The notes under the pieces were generated by a model. It was given only the letters and a program-made list of their open reading frames with translations. It was not told the DNA's origin and did no database searches. The translations under genes were made by a program, and so were the position numbers. 64,000 nt of DNA. Origin: Candidatus Latescibacterota bacterium. Lineage in GTDB: Bacteria > Latescibacterota > UBA2968. The stretch is from the NCBI GenBank assembly GCA_965207885.1, contig OZ242311.1:6048001-6112000 (forward strand). Reading direction: 5' to 3'. Below are positions 36,097 to 46,780 of this stretch, one piece after another. Within the stretch, counting starts at the first letter, position 1. The number at the start of each line of letters is the position of its first letter.

Positions 36097-37551
36097 TTAC
36101 CCTTTTAATTTAGCTTCAAGGTTTTCATCTAATTTAGCTTCAAGGTTTTCAATTGTTTTTATTGCCTGGGAAATCTCTTTTTTTATAGTAGTAACAATGC
36201 GAGAGTGACTGAGAGGGTTTAGGATAAAGTTTCGATACATTTCGACCTCGTCAATGAGTTCCTGTTCTAAAAAGGGTACATCCTTTGCTTTTCCGTTTTT
36301 AATTGGTTTCCAGAAATCTTCGCTTGTCAAATGTTTTGGGTTGTTGCGGTACTTGACTTGGAGATTCATCTTCTCGCAAAATCTTTTGATTGCCGCTTCA
36401 AAAGCGGTGCGAAGATAAATTACACAGGCTTTGTAGTCGTTGGCTTCGAAATACTTTTTGGCCCTTTCAAGATACGGTTGGTCTTCCGCATAGATCGGAA
36501 TCTCATATTCGTCGGTTTTCGAAAAATAGAATTCGGCGTATTTCCACTCGCTGCCTGCTGTCCGTTGCCTGACAATTTCATACCAAGCGCGATCATAGGT
36601 CATGAGGAATATCTGATAATCTGAGAAGTATTCTTTTATTATATCGATCACCGGCAGGCGGTTTGACATATCTAAGCCAATCAACACATCATCCAGTGCG
36701 AGAATTTTTAAGTCGCTCTCTGGCTGGAGCAAGAACGACGAAAAAGAGATGGCTAAGGCGATAGCAGACAATTTTGCCTCATTCAGAAAGTGGTGAGGCA
36801 AAGGTATATCTCTGTCGAAGAACTTGACTGTCAAGAATATCTGCTGGTTATCAAGCCTCTTATTGCTGCGGTTGTATGTAATACCCTGAAAATTGAAATC
36901 GAGGATAACATTGTAGTCGTCAAACTTACTGAGTATTTCGGATGCCTTCATTCTCAATTCTTCTAATTTGCCAGCCAATCCATTGTTGAAATTCTGTACT
37001 CGATCTTCCAGTGCCTCAATTTGTCTTATTGCATTTCGGCGCGGATTTGTCTCTTGAATATCAGCCCAATCGTCGGCAAAACTTTGCTCCGTCACATCGT
37101 TGATGGTGTTGGCAAGGAGAGTCTTGACCAGCAAATTGAAGACATTCACAGCCCTCTCTTCCTCTTCGCGTTGGGTATAATGCGTTGCCAGAAGTGTCTT
37201 ATAGTCGAGAAAGCCTTTTGTCTTTGATGCATCAATAATCAGAGGATCATCAGTCTCTTTAGCGGTCTTTGACCATTCGTAAGTATACTGTTTTGATCGC
37301 GAATCAGCACGGAGACACAGTTTGATATAACTACTATAACTGTCCTTGATAAAAATATTCTGGTGATCTTTGAATTGATGATTTTTGTTCACAGCGGATT
37401 CCAAAAACAGCTTCAAAGCCAGATACAACGATGATTTTCCACTTCCATTTTCGCCATAAATGAGCAGATTTTTTCCAAATTTGTCCAATTTGATTTGGTA
37501 TAAACCGTAGAAGGCTCTAAAATTTTTAATGTTGATCTCTGTAATTCTCAT
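36097..37551 (-). CDS. ABC-type ATPase with C-terminal HEPN-like domain (PrrC/RloC-like)
   Basis: Walker A GENGSGKSS, degenerate signature LNEAK, Walker B LALDD, MTYD, HEPN-like YLRTAFE...RNFILNPLSH; ATGA overlap with the MTase. Confidence 0.8.
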   Translation of the reverse strand: MRITEINIKNFRAFYGLYQIKLDKFGKNLLIYGENGSGKSSLYLALKLFLESAVNKNHQFKDHQNIFIKDSYSSYIKLCLRADSRSKQYTYEWSKTAKETDDPLIIDASKTKGFLDYKTLLATHYTQREEEERAVNVFNLLVKTLLANTINDVTEQSFADDWADIQETNPRRNAIRQIEALEDRVQNFNNGLAGKLEELRMKASEILSKFDDYNVILDFNFQGITYNRSNKRLDNQQIFLTVKFFDRDIPLPHHFLNEAKLSAIALAISFSSFLLQPESDLKILALDDVLIGLDMSNRLPVIDIIKEYFSDYQIFLMTYDRAWYEIVRQRTAGSEWKYAEFYFSKTDEYEIPIYAEDQPYLERAKKYFEANDYKACVIYLRTAFEAAIKRFCEKMNLQVKYRNNPKHLTSEDFWKPIKNGKAKDVPFLEQELIDEVEMYRNFILNPLSHSRIVTTIKKEISQAIKTIENLEAKLDENLEAKLKG

Positions 37552-40500
37552 ATCTTATCCTCAATGATGCGGATAATTTTCAAACTATCGAGAAAGAAAA
37601 GGGTTTTTCGCACAGTATGTTTTCTATCAAACAGTTGCTCAAAGATGTCTCGGATTACAGACATTTTATCGCCTGTGATCTCCTTTATTGGGGGCAGATT
37701 CTCGTCCAACAACGGTTTGAAGAAGTATTTGTCAGCGCGATGAAGTTCATCGGTCAAGTAGAGTTCATAGACCAGTCCGTCAATTATTTGCTCAAAATAT
37801 TTGACCATCATGTAGTCTCGGGCATATGCCAAGTCCTTGCCATCTGTAGATGGCTGCTCCTTGAGATAAATGATGTAATCAACTATAGTTGTGATAAGGT
37901 CGTGCTCATCTCTACTTACTTTTGGGTTGATAACGTTGGCTGATAGAGGTTTATCTGCCACGCTCTTGAGAGACTTGGGAACTGCTGTAGCAATTTTGGG
38001 GATGGGGATGGTTTCAACATAAATTTTTTTCCAGAGTAATGTCCCCATACCCGATGTTGGTGCAATCTGTTGGAGATACCAGCAAATTAGTTTCGTATTC
38101 AACACGGCGCAGAGGTATTTGATGCCTTCTCCTGTCATCATGAATGTGTTGGCTTCGCAGTATATGCCACTGTCATCGTAGGCAAAACGTCCAGTGTTGG
38201 ATAATGTAATCCAAACCAACTTTTCTTTGGCGAAGTCTTCGTGGTAGGCAATTGAGTCCTGAGTTTCAAACCACGAATGTTGTGTCTTTTTTCGGGACCT
38301 ACCACCACCAGCCAGATTTTTGCCACTTTGTTCCAATCGATCTTGCCCAAAAGATAGCAGATGGTTCTTTACAGTAGGATAGTCATCAATATCCAATTTT
38401 AGTGAGGGAAAGGTTGTAATCAACCACAAGTTCGACCATTGCACTTGATAGCGTTGAATGTTTTTACCACGTAGTAGGGGCTTGATAATCTCAGCGGTTT
38501 TTGGGTCTGCGGCAACTAATGCCTGCCGAGTCGCATCATCAATGATGAAGGCGTTGTTATAGCCGGTTTTGATTCCAAAATTGATTTTTATATTCCAGTC
38601 TTTCAGCGGTGTTCCCACGGCTTCTATCTTTTCCGTAATGGTCTGTGCTATAGCCGACAGCGCACTCCACGGTCTTTCGTCTTGCGTACGCAACTGTCCC
38701 CAGAGGTTCTCGGCAGGTGGAAAGTCTTTATTGGGCAGACAGTCCATATCCACGGCCTTACCAGTTTCATCGCTTTTGCCGTTGCGTACTATCAGGATAT
38801 TGGTGTCAACAATGGCATTTTCAAAAATGTCCTTGCCTATTTCCAGCAGTCGTAGGGGTGTGTGCTGTTCGGCGAAGTAGCGGCGCGTGGATTTGCCGTA
38901 ATCTGCTCTTAGCCAGCTATTGGAAGTGATAAAGCATAGCAGACCGCGTTGCGGTGTGAGCAGTCCACAGCCTTTTTCATAGAAAAGCTGGTAGATGTCA
39001 CCGGTGCTGGCGAAGGTGTTAAACCCGATGCCCTTATAGTACCGACCGAGTTCGCCGCCATTTTTCTGTAACTGAACATACGGCGGATTGCCGATGATGA
39101 TATTAAATCCTTTATTTTGGTGAAAAATTTCCGAAAAATATATTTCAAAATCAAATTCTGTACGGCCATTTGTGATTTTGCTGATGAGATCGTCAATCTT
39201 GTTTTTGTAGTTATCCTTTTTACTGGTACTGGTTTCGTCAAAGTGTAAAAGTTTCAGTTTTTCAAGTTCTACAAACAAGTGGTTATTGAGAAGATTCTTC
39301 TCAACGCTCAATAGCGAGTCGCCTTGAACGATCTTATAATCCAAGTTCGGCAATGGTTGAATCGTCTCGCGTTCTTCTTCATCTACAATCAGCGAAAGCC
39401 ACAGACGGAGTTTGGCAATTTCCACAGCACTGGGCTCAATGTCCACACCATACAGACAGTTCTGAATCGCATGGCGTTTGAAATGGTATGGGTTGCGTTC
39501 CAAATCGTCGTCCAAGTATGTTGTAAGCGCGTTTCGCACCCTGATAATTTCGTTCATCATCCCGACAACAAACTCGCCGGAGCCGACAGCAGGATCGCAG
39601 ATGCGGATTGTCTCCAGTTTCTCGTCGATGAAATCGGCGTGTTCACGCACACTCTCGGGCAGTTTGAAGGCGTAGCGTTCTGTCTCACGCCCTTCGCTTA
39701 TCACGCGGCTGTCATGCTCTACTACAGCCTCGCCATATTTAATCAGTGTCTCAATTTCTTCTTTCTTCGCTTTGCCCTCAAGTTCGGTCGCCAAGTGGTA
39801 GGCTAAACTTTCCTGACTCATGTAATGGACGATCTCGCGTGGCGTGTAGTAGGTGCCTTTGGATTTGCGGTCTTTTATCTCCAGGAGGTTCTCAAAGACT
39901 TTGCCGAGCATCTCCGGATCAACAGCAACTTCTTTTTCCAACGGCTCGTCTTCTTTGACGGTAAAGTTGTAGCGGTCAAAAATATCCAGAACACCGTTGC
40001 CAATGTCACCTTCTTTGGTTTTGTAATTGTTAGAAAAAAGTTCATTGGGAAGCAATATATCCGTATCTACCCAATCATAGTCGTTCAGTGGATCAAACAA
40101 CCCGCCGTTCAGGAATGGAATCCGACAGTCAAAGCGGCTGTAGTAGTCGCCAGAGCGCTCCAGCCGCAGAGCTTCGTAGAAAAGCGGCTCCAGAATATCG
40201 TTAAAAAAGTTTTCGTAGTCGCCGTGTTGCTTCTCAAAAAGCTCGCGTAAAAAACGCTTAGAGCCAGCCCCCCACTTCTTTCCGCGTGCCACACCAAACC
40301 AGCCTTTTTTTTGCAGAAAATACAGAAATACAATCTGTCCCAAGAGCTTTTTGGCAAAGTCAACAGTATCTACATTTTTCGCTTCAAAGTCGGCTTTGAC
40401 TTTGGAGTCTTGTTTTATGATTGCATCGAGCGATTCCTTGAGGCACAAAAAGAGATCGCGGTACTTTTCAAAAAATTCCTTGGTGACTCGCTCAACGCTG

Positions 40501-41060
40501 AAGGCTTCTTCGAGTTGTGCAAGCGTAGGGTTTTCATCGTCATTACACAAAATGGGCAGAAGACAACTTTGCGCTGTGTGGCTGTGTTCGTTTTTACCAA
40601 CCAGAAAAGAGTAGCGGCGGGCGGGAGTAAAGTCTTCCTTGACCTTGCCCTTTTCATCGAATCTGTATTCCATCTTCACAAAAGAGAAACGCCAGTCATC
40701 GCCATTAGGCGCAACAAATGCCACCAGTGCTGCGTCTTTTAACTCACCACCGCGACTACCATTGAGATATTTCGCAACAAAATTTCTCTGCATTGTCCGG
40801 GCACGTTCCAGCGAAGTCTCTTTTTTCAGATGAATGATGAGAATATCAATGAGTTTTTCATCAGAGTCTTGGTATTTGCCTACGCGCTCTACCGAACGAA
40901 TGGAATCGGCAAAATCATCAAATATGTAGTTACCTCTGTAGGTAAATGGGGCTTCCTCAACATAGTTGAGGATATTTTTTACCAAATAGACAAAGCGATC
41001 TTTGGCGAAAGAATTTTCCAGAGTCTCCTGTACCAGTTTTTGTGCGGCAGTCTTTTCCAT
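37548..41060 (-). CDS. Eco57I/type IIG-like N6-adenine DNA methyltransferase with TaqI-like TRD
   Basis: FLNGGLF, GTYYTP, DPAVGSGEF, GNPPY, GIKTGYN; 1170 aa. Confidence 0.9.
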   Translation of the reverse strand: MEKTAAQKLVQETLENSFAKDRFVYLVKNILNYVEEAPFTYRGNYIFDDFADSIRSVERVGKYQDSDEKLIDILIIHLKKETSLERARTMQRNFVAKYLNGSRGGELKDAALVAFVAPNGDDWRFSFVKMEYRFDEKGKVKEDFTPARRYSFLVGKNEHSHTAQSCLLPILCNDDENPTLAQLEEAFSVERVTKEFFEKYRDLFLCLKESLDAIIKQDSKVKADFEAKNVDTVDFAKKLLGQIVFLYFLQKKGWFGVARGKKWGAGSKRFLRELFEKQHGDYENFFNDILEPLFYEALRLERSGDYYSRFDCRIPFLNGGLFDPLNDYDWVDTDILLPNELFSNNYKTKEGDIGNGVLDIFDRYNFTVKEDEPLEKEVAVDPEMLGKVFENLLEIKDRKSKGTYYTPREIVHYMSQESLAYHLATELEGKAKKEEIETLIKYGEAVVEHDSRVISEGRETERYAFKLPESVREHADFIDEKLETIRICDPAVGSGEFVVGMMNEIIRVRNALTTYLDDDLERNPYHFKRHAIQNCLYGVDIEPSAVEIAKLRLWLSLIVDEEERETIQPLPNLDYKIVQGDSLLSVEKNLLNNHLFVELEKLKLLHFDETSTSKKDNYKNKIDDLISKITNGRTEFDFEIYFSEIFHQNKGFNIIIGNPPYVQLQKNGGELGRYYKGIGFNTFASTGDIYQLFYEKGCGLLTPQRGLLCFITSNSWLRADYGKSTRRYFAEQHTPLRLLEIGKDIFENAIVDTNILIVRNGKSDETGKAVDMDCLPNKDFPPAENLWGQLRTQDERPWSALSAIAQTITEKIEAVGTPLKDWNIKINFGIKTGYNNAFIIDDATRQALVAADPKTAEIIKPLLRGKNIQRYQVQWSNLWLITTFPSLKLDIDDYPTVKNHLLSFGQDRLEQSGKNLAGGGRSRKKTQHSWFETQDSIAYHEDFAKEKLVWITLSNTGRFAYDDSGIYCEANTFMMTGEGIKYLCAVLNTKLICWYLQQIAPTSGMGTLLWKKIYVETIPIPKIATAVPKSLKSVADKPLSANVINPKVSRDEHDLITTIVDYIIYLKEQPSTDGKDLAYARDYMMVKYFEQIIDGLVYELYLTDELHRADKYFFKPLLDENLPPIKEITGDKMSVIRDIFEQLFDRKHTVRKTLFFLDSLKIIRIIEDKI

Positions 41061-41077
41061 TATTCGCTGACCTCCGT

Positions 41078-44000
41078 TTATTTGTTGACCAGGTATTTGG
41101 ATAAAATGACTTCCCTCGGTCCGAATGTGTGAGCAGCACTTTCGGCAAAGTGGCTTTCCAGCAATTCATCCGGGATATTGTTCTGTAGAAGTGCCAACAC
41201 CTTTAGCGGATTCGGACCGCCAGTTTTAAGCTCTTTATTGAGTGTACTGAATACAGTACTGGCTGTCTGCTTGGGCAGGGCACCTTCTTCAAATCGATTC
41301 ATGACCCGTTTGAGGTACGCTTCCTGTTCCTCGGTGTATTGCCGAAAATCTCTTAATGCCTTGAGGATTCTGAGTACTCTCATTGTGCTATCTCTGCCGC
41401 CGCGCTGGACTTTGAGTGTGCTATCTTCCTCGGTCGTTGCATCTGCGAAGGCCCGTTTATTCTTCTCCAGCTTGTCATAAAAGTCAGTAGGCAGTGTTTC
41501 GCGCTGCACTTTTGCATCTGCTTCCAGTCGTCCTGCTGCCCTCATAAAGTCAATTTCCTCGGAATCGCCTTTACCAGCAACGAAAAACTTTTGGAGCTTT
41601 CCCTTTCTGAAATAAGTCAACAATTGATTTTCTTTGTCGGCGTGTTTTCTTGCTGTCCGCGCTTTCTTCGGGAGACGCTTCACCTTCTCAAATAAGTCCG
41701 GGTCGTTATCGCGAATGTCTCTGATGACCTGCAAATACTTCAATTCAGTGACCTCTTCCTCGTCTTCCCCTGTAATGATATTTTTCGACATAAGACGGTC
41801 AAAAAGTTCATGCGATTCTATATCTTCACCTTCGGTCAAGAGCCTCGCGTCGGCACCCAAAAGCGTGATGAAAGCCTGTATTTTTGTCTCTGCAGCTTCC
41901 TTCAGTTTTATTTCATCATTGGATTGCTCGGTCGGGAAAAAGTTGAAACTGTAAATCTTTTCAAACTGGGTATCTACACGGTTGATGCGTCCGACGCGCT
42001 GCATAAGCCGCGTAGGATTCCACGGAATGTCGTAGTTGATGACGACATTGGAGCGGTGCAGATTCACGCCCTCGGACAATACTTCCGTCGCGATAAGGAT
42101 TCTGTAATCGTCTTTGGGGACGCGGGCACGCGCGTCAAAGTTCTTAATGACTGTTTCCCTTGTGCCCGCGCTTGATGCACCGGTAAAGGCGATCACTGCA
42201 CCGGGAAATTCGTCCTCCAAACACGCGGCGAGGTAGTCGGCGGTTTCTTTGGACTCGGTAAAGACGATAAGCTTGTTTTTCTTCAAGACAGAGCGGGTTG
42301 AGAGAATCTCTACAAAGGAAAGGAGTTTCGGGTCGCGTTTTACGCTGCGCCATAAGCTTTGTATCTCCTTGAGAATTTGTAGGTCTCTATTCAGGTCCTC
42401 TTTTAGCTCGTCAGAGAAATCCTCTGCCAGATATTCTGATGCTTTATCGCGATCAATGAGTTCCTGAATTGCTTCATCATCGTCTTTTCCCAGTAGTTCA
42501 AATAATTTATTGGCGTGGTCTTTACTGACAAAAACTTTTCCTTTCTCCAGTGCTGCGAGAAACAGTTCATGATTGGAAACGAAACGATCCACTGTATTGC
42601 GGAAGGCGTGAAAACTACTTTCCAGTCGCTTGATGAGCAAAATTTTCATGAATCTACCCAGGTTCTTTTGGGACTGTATTCCGAGTTGGTCCAGTTGCTC
42701 CTCACCCTCGTAATAGAGCATGGGCATATAGCGAGCGTATCTTAATTCTTGTGTGATAAGTTCAACAGTCTCATTGAAAATTTTGTTTTCTTTTATACTG
42801 AGTTGATAGAATAGAGGTTCGGGATCCTCTACTATGGGAAACCGAAACCCTTGCTTGTGCAGATCGTCGGCAAAGTAGGTTTCAATCTCTTGTCTCGTGC
42901 GTCGTACCATCAGATATTTCAGAACATTCTCGCGGATAGTAAGCGCATTGTCCTTGATGGTTTGCAGGTATTCAATACGGTCTCTTTGTCTATCCAAGTT
43001 TTTGATCTTCCGATCTAGTGCTCCAAAGAATGACTCAAGATTCGGCACATTTGGGATGGTGCTTTTCTTCGCGTTTTGAAACAGTTTGATCTGGCTCAAA
43101 ATATCTCTCGGTGTGTTGTTGAGTGGGGTCGCCGTGATCAATGCAACTCTTTTGCCCCGGCAGATTTGAGCGAGTTTTTCATAGGTGACGTTTGTTTCCG
43201 TGCGAAAGCGGTGTGCCTCGTCTATGAATACGTTTTTGTATTTTTCAGTGCCTTGGCGAATAAGTTGATCCAGCTTACCCAATGATCTGTAATCCGCTGG
43301 TACTCTGAAGTCAGAAAAGACATTGGGCCAAGAGCCGGGGTTCGCTGAATCCAGCAATACAGGTGGTGCCAGTACAAGCGTCCTACCGTCCAACTGGCCT
43401 GCTAGCATGGCGGATACATAAGTTTTTCCAAGTCCCACGACATCTGAAATGAAAACCCCGCCGTACTCTTCAAGGATCTTTTTTGCGTTCAAGACAGCCT
43501 GTTCCTGATATTCCAGCCGCTTAAACCCTGTTGGAATATACTTGAAGATTACTTCATCGGTTTGGCGAAGCTCATCCTTGAAATATTCATAGAGAAACTT
43601 GAGATAAAGCTCGTAAGGGATAATGGTATTGTTGAGCCAGGTGTTTTTCTGAATGGTCTCAATATATTTATCTTTCACATCAACGGCGTTTTCCCAGAGA
43701 TATTCAAACTTCTGCCTGGCAAAGTCATAATCGGAGCGCATCTTGAGTTCTACATTGAACTCAAGATTATCTACCAGGCCAGACTGCGTGAAGTTGCTTG
43801 ATCCGGTGATCACACGACCAACGTCACGGTCATCCTCGCCAAAAGACATGATGTAGAGCTTGGCATGGATATTTTCCGTTGGATATGCTTTAATCTCCAA
43901 CTTTCCAATTTTCAGCCATTCCAAAAACTTTGCCACTCCTTGTTCAACCTTCTTGCTGTCTTCGGCATTTGCCATCTCTCCGACAAGTAGATCGGAAAAA

Positions 44001-44272
44001 TGCTCCTTCGTCTCCGCGTGGGAAAATTGAAGCTCTTGCTGACGTGCCTGCTCAATCAGGTTAAGCGTTTGCCTATTCGTGCTGATACCGATGAGAATTC
44101 TGATCTTTTTCGTCTTCTCCAGTGATCGATAAAGCGCGTGGAAGCCACTGGTATAGAAATAGCCGACGAGGACATCAAAAAACTCGGTGTCTTTGATCAG
44201 CACCCTGAACCGCTCAAGGAGATTTTGGCCTTTTTCGTTTGTGACGAATGTGAGGTCGGAATGGGCAGTCAT
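41078..44272 (-). CDS. PLD (HKD)-nuclease domain fused to SNF2-like SF2 helicase
   Basis: HAKLY...GSSN, DVVGLGKT, DEAH, TATP, QRVGRINR. Confidence 0.9.
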   Translation of the reverse strand: MTAHSDLTFVTNEKGQNLLERFRVLIKDTEFFDVLVGYFYTSGFHALYRSLEKTKKIRILIGISTNRQTLNLIEQARQQELQFSHAETKEHFSDLLVGEMANAEDSKKVEQGVAKFLEWLKIGKLEIKAYPTENIHAKLYIMSFGEDDRDVGRVITGSSNFTQSGLVDNLEFNVELKMRSDYDFARQKFEYLWENAVDVKDKYIETIQKNTWLNNTIIPYELYLKFLYEYFKDELRQTDEVIFKYIPTGFKRLEYQEQAVLNAKKILEEYGGVFISDVVGLGKTYVSAMLAGQLDGRTLVLAPPVLLDSANPGSWPNVFSDFRVPADYRSLGKLDQLIRQGTEKYKNVFIDEAHRFRTETNVTYEKLAQICRGKRVALITATPLNNTPRDILSQIKLFQNAKKSTIPNVPNLESFFGALDRKIKNLDRQRDRIEYLQTIKDNALTIRENVLKYLMVRRTRQEIETYFADDLHKQGFRFPIVEDPEPLFYQLSIKENKIFNETVELITQELRYARYMPMLYYEGEEQLDQLGIQSQKNLGRFMKILLIKRLESSFHAFRNTVDRFVSNHELFLAALEKGKVFVSKDHANKLFELLGKDDDEAIQELIDRDKASEYLAEDFSDELKEDLNRDLQILKEIQSLWRSVKRDPKLLSFVEILSTRSVLKKNKLIVFTESKETADYLAACLEDEFPGAVIAFTGASSAGTRETVIKNFDARARVPKDDYRILIATEVLSEGVNLHRSNVVINYDIPWNPTRLMQRVGRINRVDTQFEKIYSFNFFPTEQSNDEIKLKEAAETKIQAFITLLGADARLLTEGEDIESHELFDRLMSKNIITGEDEEEVTELKYLQVIRDIRDNDPDLFEKVKRLPKKARTARKHADKENQLLTYFRKGKLQKFFVAGKGDSEEIDFMRAAGRLEADAKVQRETLPTDFYDKLEKNKRAFADATTEEDSTLKVQRGGRDSTMRVLRILKALRDFRQYTEEQEAYLKRVMNRFEEGALPKQTASTVFSTLNKELKTGGPNPLKVLALLQNNIPDELLESHFAESAAHTFGPREVILSKYLVNK

Positions 44273-44316
44273 AATTATTTGACCTTATATCCTACAGAGA
44301 GCTTTGATGAGAATCG

Positions 44317-45129
44317 CTATGCGGGAACAGTTACGCGATCGACGTATTCCTCAAAGAGCGCAATGTCTTCTTTCATCATGTCGGGATTGTCTTTGAGGAA
44401 GAAGCCGACGAGGGCCACGTCATTTTCGCGCATGGCTTTGCCCATGGTTTCAAAGGCTTCGAGGATGGGTTTGTTGCCACCTGCGAAGACTTTGTAGTGT
44501 ACGACGGGACAGGGGATGGTGGCGATGACGCCGAGCATTTTTGCGCGGTCTTCTTCTTCCCATTTTTCGCCTTTGTCACTGTGGTGCGCGCTGCGAGAGC
44601 GGTCCGTGGGATTGTAATAGCTGCACATCTGGAAATCGGGGTCCAGGTTGTCGCGCACCCATTCGTGTGCCGCGGGTTGATGGGCTGCAAATCCAGATGC
44701 GACGCCTGCATTGGACATTGTGTCGATTGCTTCGTAAAAATTGTCCCACTGTTCTGTGGCATACCAGTTATCGACCACGCCGCCGTGGATATAGGTGCCG
44801 CTTGCGCCCAGTTCGATGGATGCGCGGAGCCATTTGCGCCAGGCATCGGGTTTGCCGCGCTCGATGCATACTTGCGAGAACCACTGGATGCTGCCGCCTT
44901 CATCCCAGTATTCTTCGAGGAGTCCCATGATGTGGTCGTCTGTGCGTCCAAAGAAGGTGTTGATGCCGAGTTCTTCGGCCTGTCGCCAGGTGTCTTTGAT
45001 GCGGCTGGGGGTGTAATAATCGGTCATTTCTTTGCTGCGTTCTCTGGTCTGGTGCGAAAATCCGCTGAACGGGTTGCCGCCAATACAGAGGCCCGAGACG
45101 CTGACGCCGCCTATGTTTGCGTATCGCAT
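44317..45129 (-). CDS. Aldo/keto-reductase-like TIM-barrel hypothetical protein
   Basis: VSGLCIGGNPFSGFSH N-terminus, YKVFAGG. Confidence 0.7.
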   Translation of the reverse strand: MRYANIGGVSVSGLCIGGNPFSGFSHQTRERSKEMTDYYTPSRIKDTWRQAEELGINTFFGRTDDHIMGLLEEYWDEGGSIQWFSQVCIERGKPDAWRKWLRASIELGASGTYIHGGVVDNWYATEQWDNFYEAIDTMSNAGVASGFAAHQPAAHEWVRDNLDPDFQMCSYYNPTDRSRSAHHSDKGEKWEEEDRAKMLGVIATIPCPVVHYKVFAGGNKPILEAFETMGKAMRENDVALVGFFLKDNPDMMKEDIALFEEYVDRVTVPA

Positions 45130-45140
45130 GTTTTGCTCTC

Positions 45141-46760
45141 CTATGGACGCATGAAGCCGGAAAAAAAGTCGTTGCCTTTGTCGTCAACGACGATGAATGC
45201 GGGAAAATTTTCGACTTCGATGCGCCATATCGCTTCCATGCCGAGTTCGGGATATTCCTGGCACTCGACTTTGCGTATGGCGTCTTTGGCGAGGCGAGCG
45301 GCGGGACCTCCGATGGAGCCGAGGTAAAATCCGCCGTGTTTTTTGCACGCTTCTGTTACTTGCCGCGAGCGATTGCCTTTGGCGAGCATGATCATGCTGC
45401 CGCCTTCTGATTGGAATGAATCGACGTAGCTGTCCATGCGCCCTGCGGTTGTGGGACCAAATGAACCGGAGGCGTATCCTTCGGGTGTTTTGGCGGGTCC
45501 CGCGTAATAGACGCACAGGTTCTTGAAGTATTGCGGAAGCCCTTCGCCGCTGTCTATGCGCTCCTGGAGTTTGGCGTGGGCAATATCGCGTGCGACGATC
45601 ATGGGGCCGGAGAGGGATAAGCGCGTGCTGACCGGATATTTGCTGAGGGTTTCGCGCACTTTGTCCATGGGCTGGTTGAGGTCGATTTTTGCGACGTCGC
45701 CACTGAGGGCTTCTTCATCGACTTCGGGGAGGTATTTCGCCGGGTCGCTTTCCAGTTCTTCGAGGAAGATGCCTTCGCGCGTTATTTTTCCCAGGATTTG
45801 TCGGTCGGCAGAGCAGGATACGGCAATGCCGACGGGGCAGGATGCGCCGTGTCGAGGCAGGCGAATAACGCGCACATCGTGGCAGAAGTATTTGCCGCCA
45901 AATTGCGCGCCAATGCCGAGTTCGTGGCTCATTTCCAGGACTTGTTTTTCCATTTCGAGATCGCGGAATGCCTGGCCGTATTCATTGCCCTGTGTGGGCA
46001 AGGTGTCGAGATATTTGGCACTTGCGAGTTTGGCGGTTTTGAGGGTGTATTCTGCGGATGTGCCGCCAATGACGAGGGCGAGGTGATAGGGCGGGCAGGC
46101 GGCTGTGCCGAGTTCGCGCAGGCGTTGGTCGATGAAGTCGCGCAGGCGTTCGGGATTGAGCAGTGCTCGGGTTTCCTGGTAGAGCAGGCTTTTGTTGGCG
46201 GATCCGCCGCCTTTGGCCATGAACATGAATTTGTATGTATCCCCTTGCTCGGAATAGATCTCGATTTGAGCGGGCAGGTTGGTTTTTGTATTTGCCTCCT
46301 GAAACATGTCGAGTGGCGCCAGTTGGCTGTAGCGCAGGTTTGTTTCCAGAAAGGCTCTGGTAATGCCCTGTGCGAGCGCGGCTTCGTCGCTGCCGTCGGT
46401 CCACACGCGATTGCCCCTTTTGCCCATGATAATGGCTGTGCCCGTGTCCTGACACATGGGGAGGACGCCGCCTGCGGCGATGTTGGCATTTTTGAGCATT
46501 TCAATGGCGACAAAGCGGTCGTTGTCCGAGGCTTCGGGGTCGTCGAGTATTTTGGTCAGTTGTTTTAAGTGTGCAGGGCGGAGCAGGTGCGCGCTGTCTC
46601 GAATGGCGCGGTCCGCCAGCATGGTGAGGCCCTCGGGTTCGACTTTGAGGATTTCCTGGCCCTCAAATTGTCCCGTTGATATATAATCGGTTGTGAGCAA
46701 CTGGTAGGGGGTTTCATCTTCTCCGAGGGGTATCATTTCGCGGTGTTCGTAGGTGTCCAT
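45141..46760 (-). CDS. fumA: Class I (Fe-S) fumarate hydratase
   Basis: [38 protein letters not shown]. Confidence 0.93.
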   Translation of the reverse strand: MDTYEHREMIPLGEDETPYQLLTTDYISTGQFEGQEILKVEPEGLTMLADRAIRDSAHLLRPAHLKQLTKILDDPEASDNDRFVAIEMLKNANIAAGGVLPMCQDTGTAIIMGKRGNRVWTDGSDEAALAQGITRAFLETNLRYSQLAPLDMFQEANTKTNLPAQIEIYSEQGDTYKFMFMAKGGGSANKSLLYQETRALLNPERLRDFIDQRLRELGTAACPPYHLALVIGGTSAEYTLKTAKLASAKYLDTLPTQGNEYGQAFRDLEMEKQVLEMSHELGIGAQFGGKYFCHDVRVIRLPRHGASCPVGIAVSCSADRQILGKITREGIFLEELESDPAKYLPEVDEEALSGDVAKIDLNQPMDKVRETLSKYPVSTRLSLSGPMIVARDIAHAKLQERIDSGEGLPQYFKNLCVYYAGPAKTPEGYASGSFGPTTAGRMDSYVDSFQSEGGSMIMLAKGNRSRQVTEACKKHGGFYLGSIGGPAARLAKDAIRKVECQEYPELGMEAIWRIEVENFPAFIVVDDKGNDFFSGFMRP

Positions 46761-46780
46761 TTTTCCCTTTCTTGTCGGCT

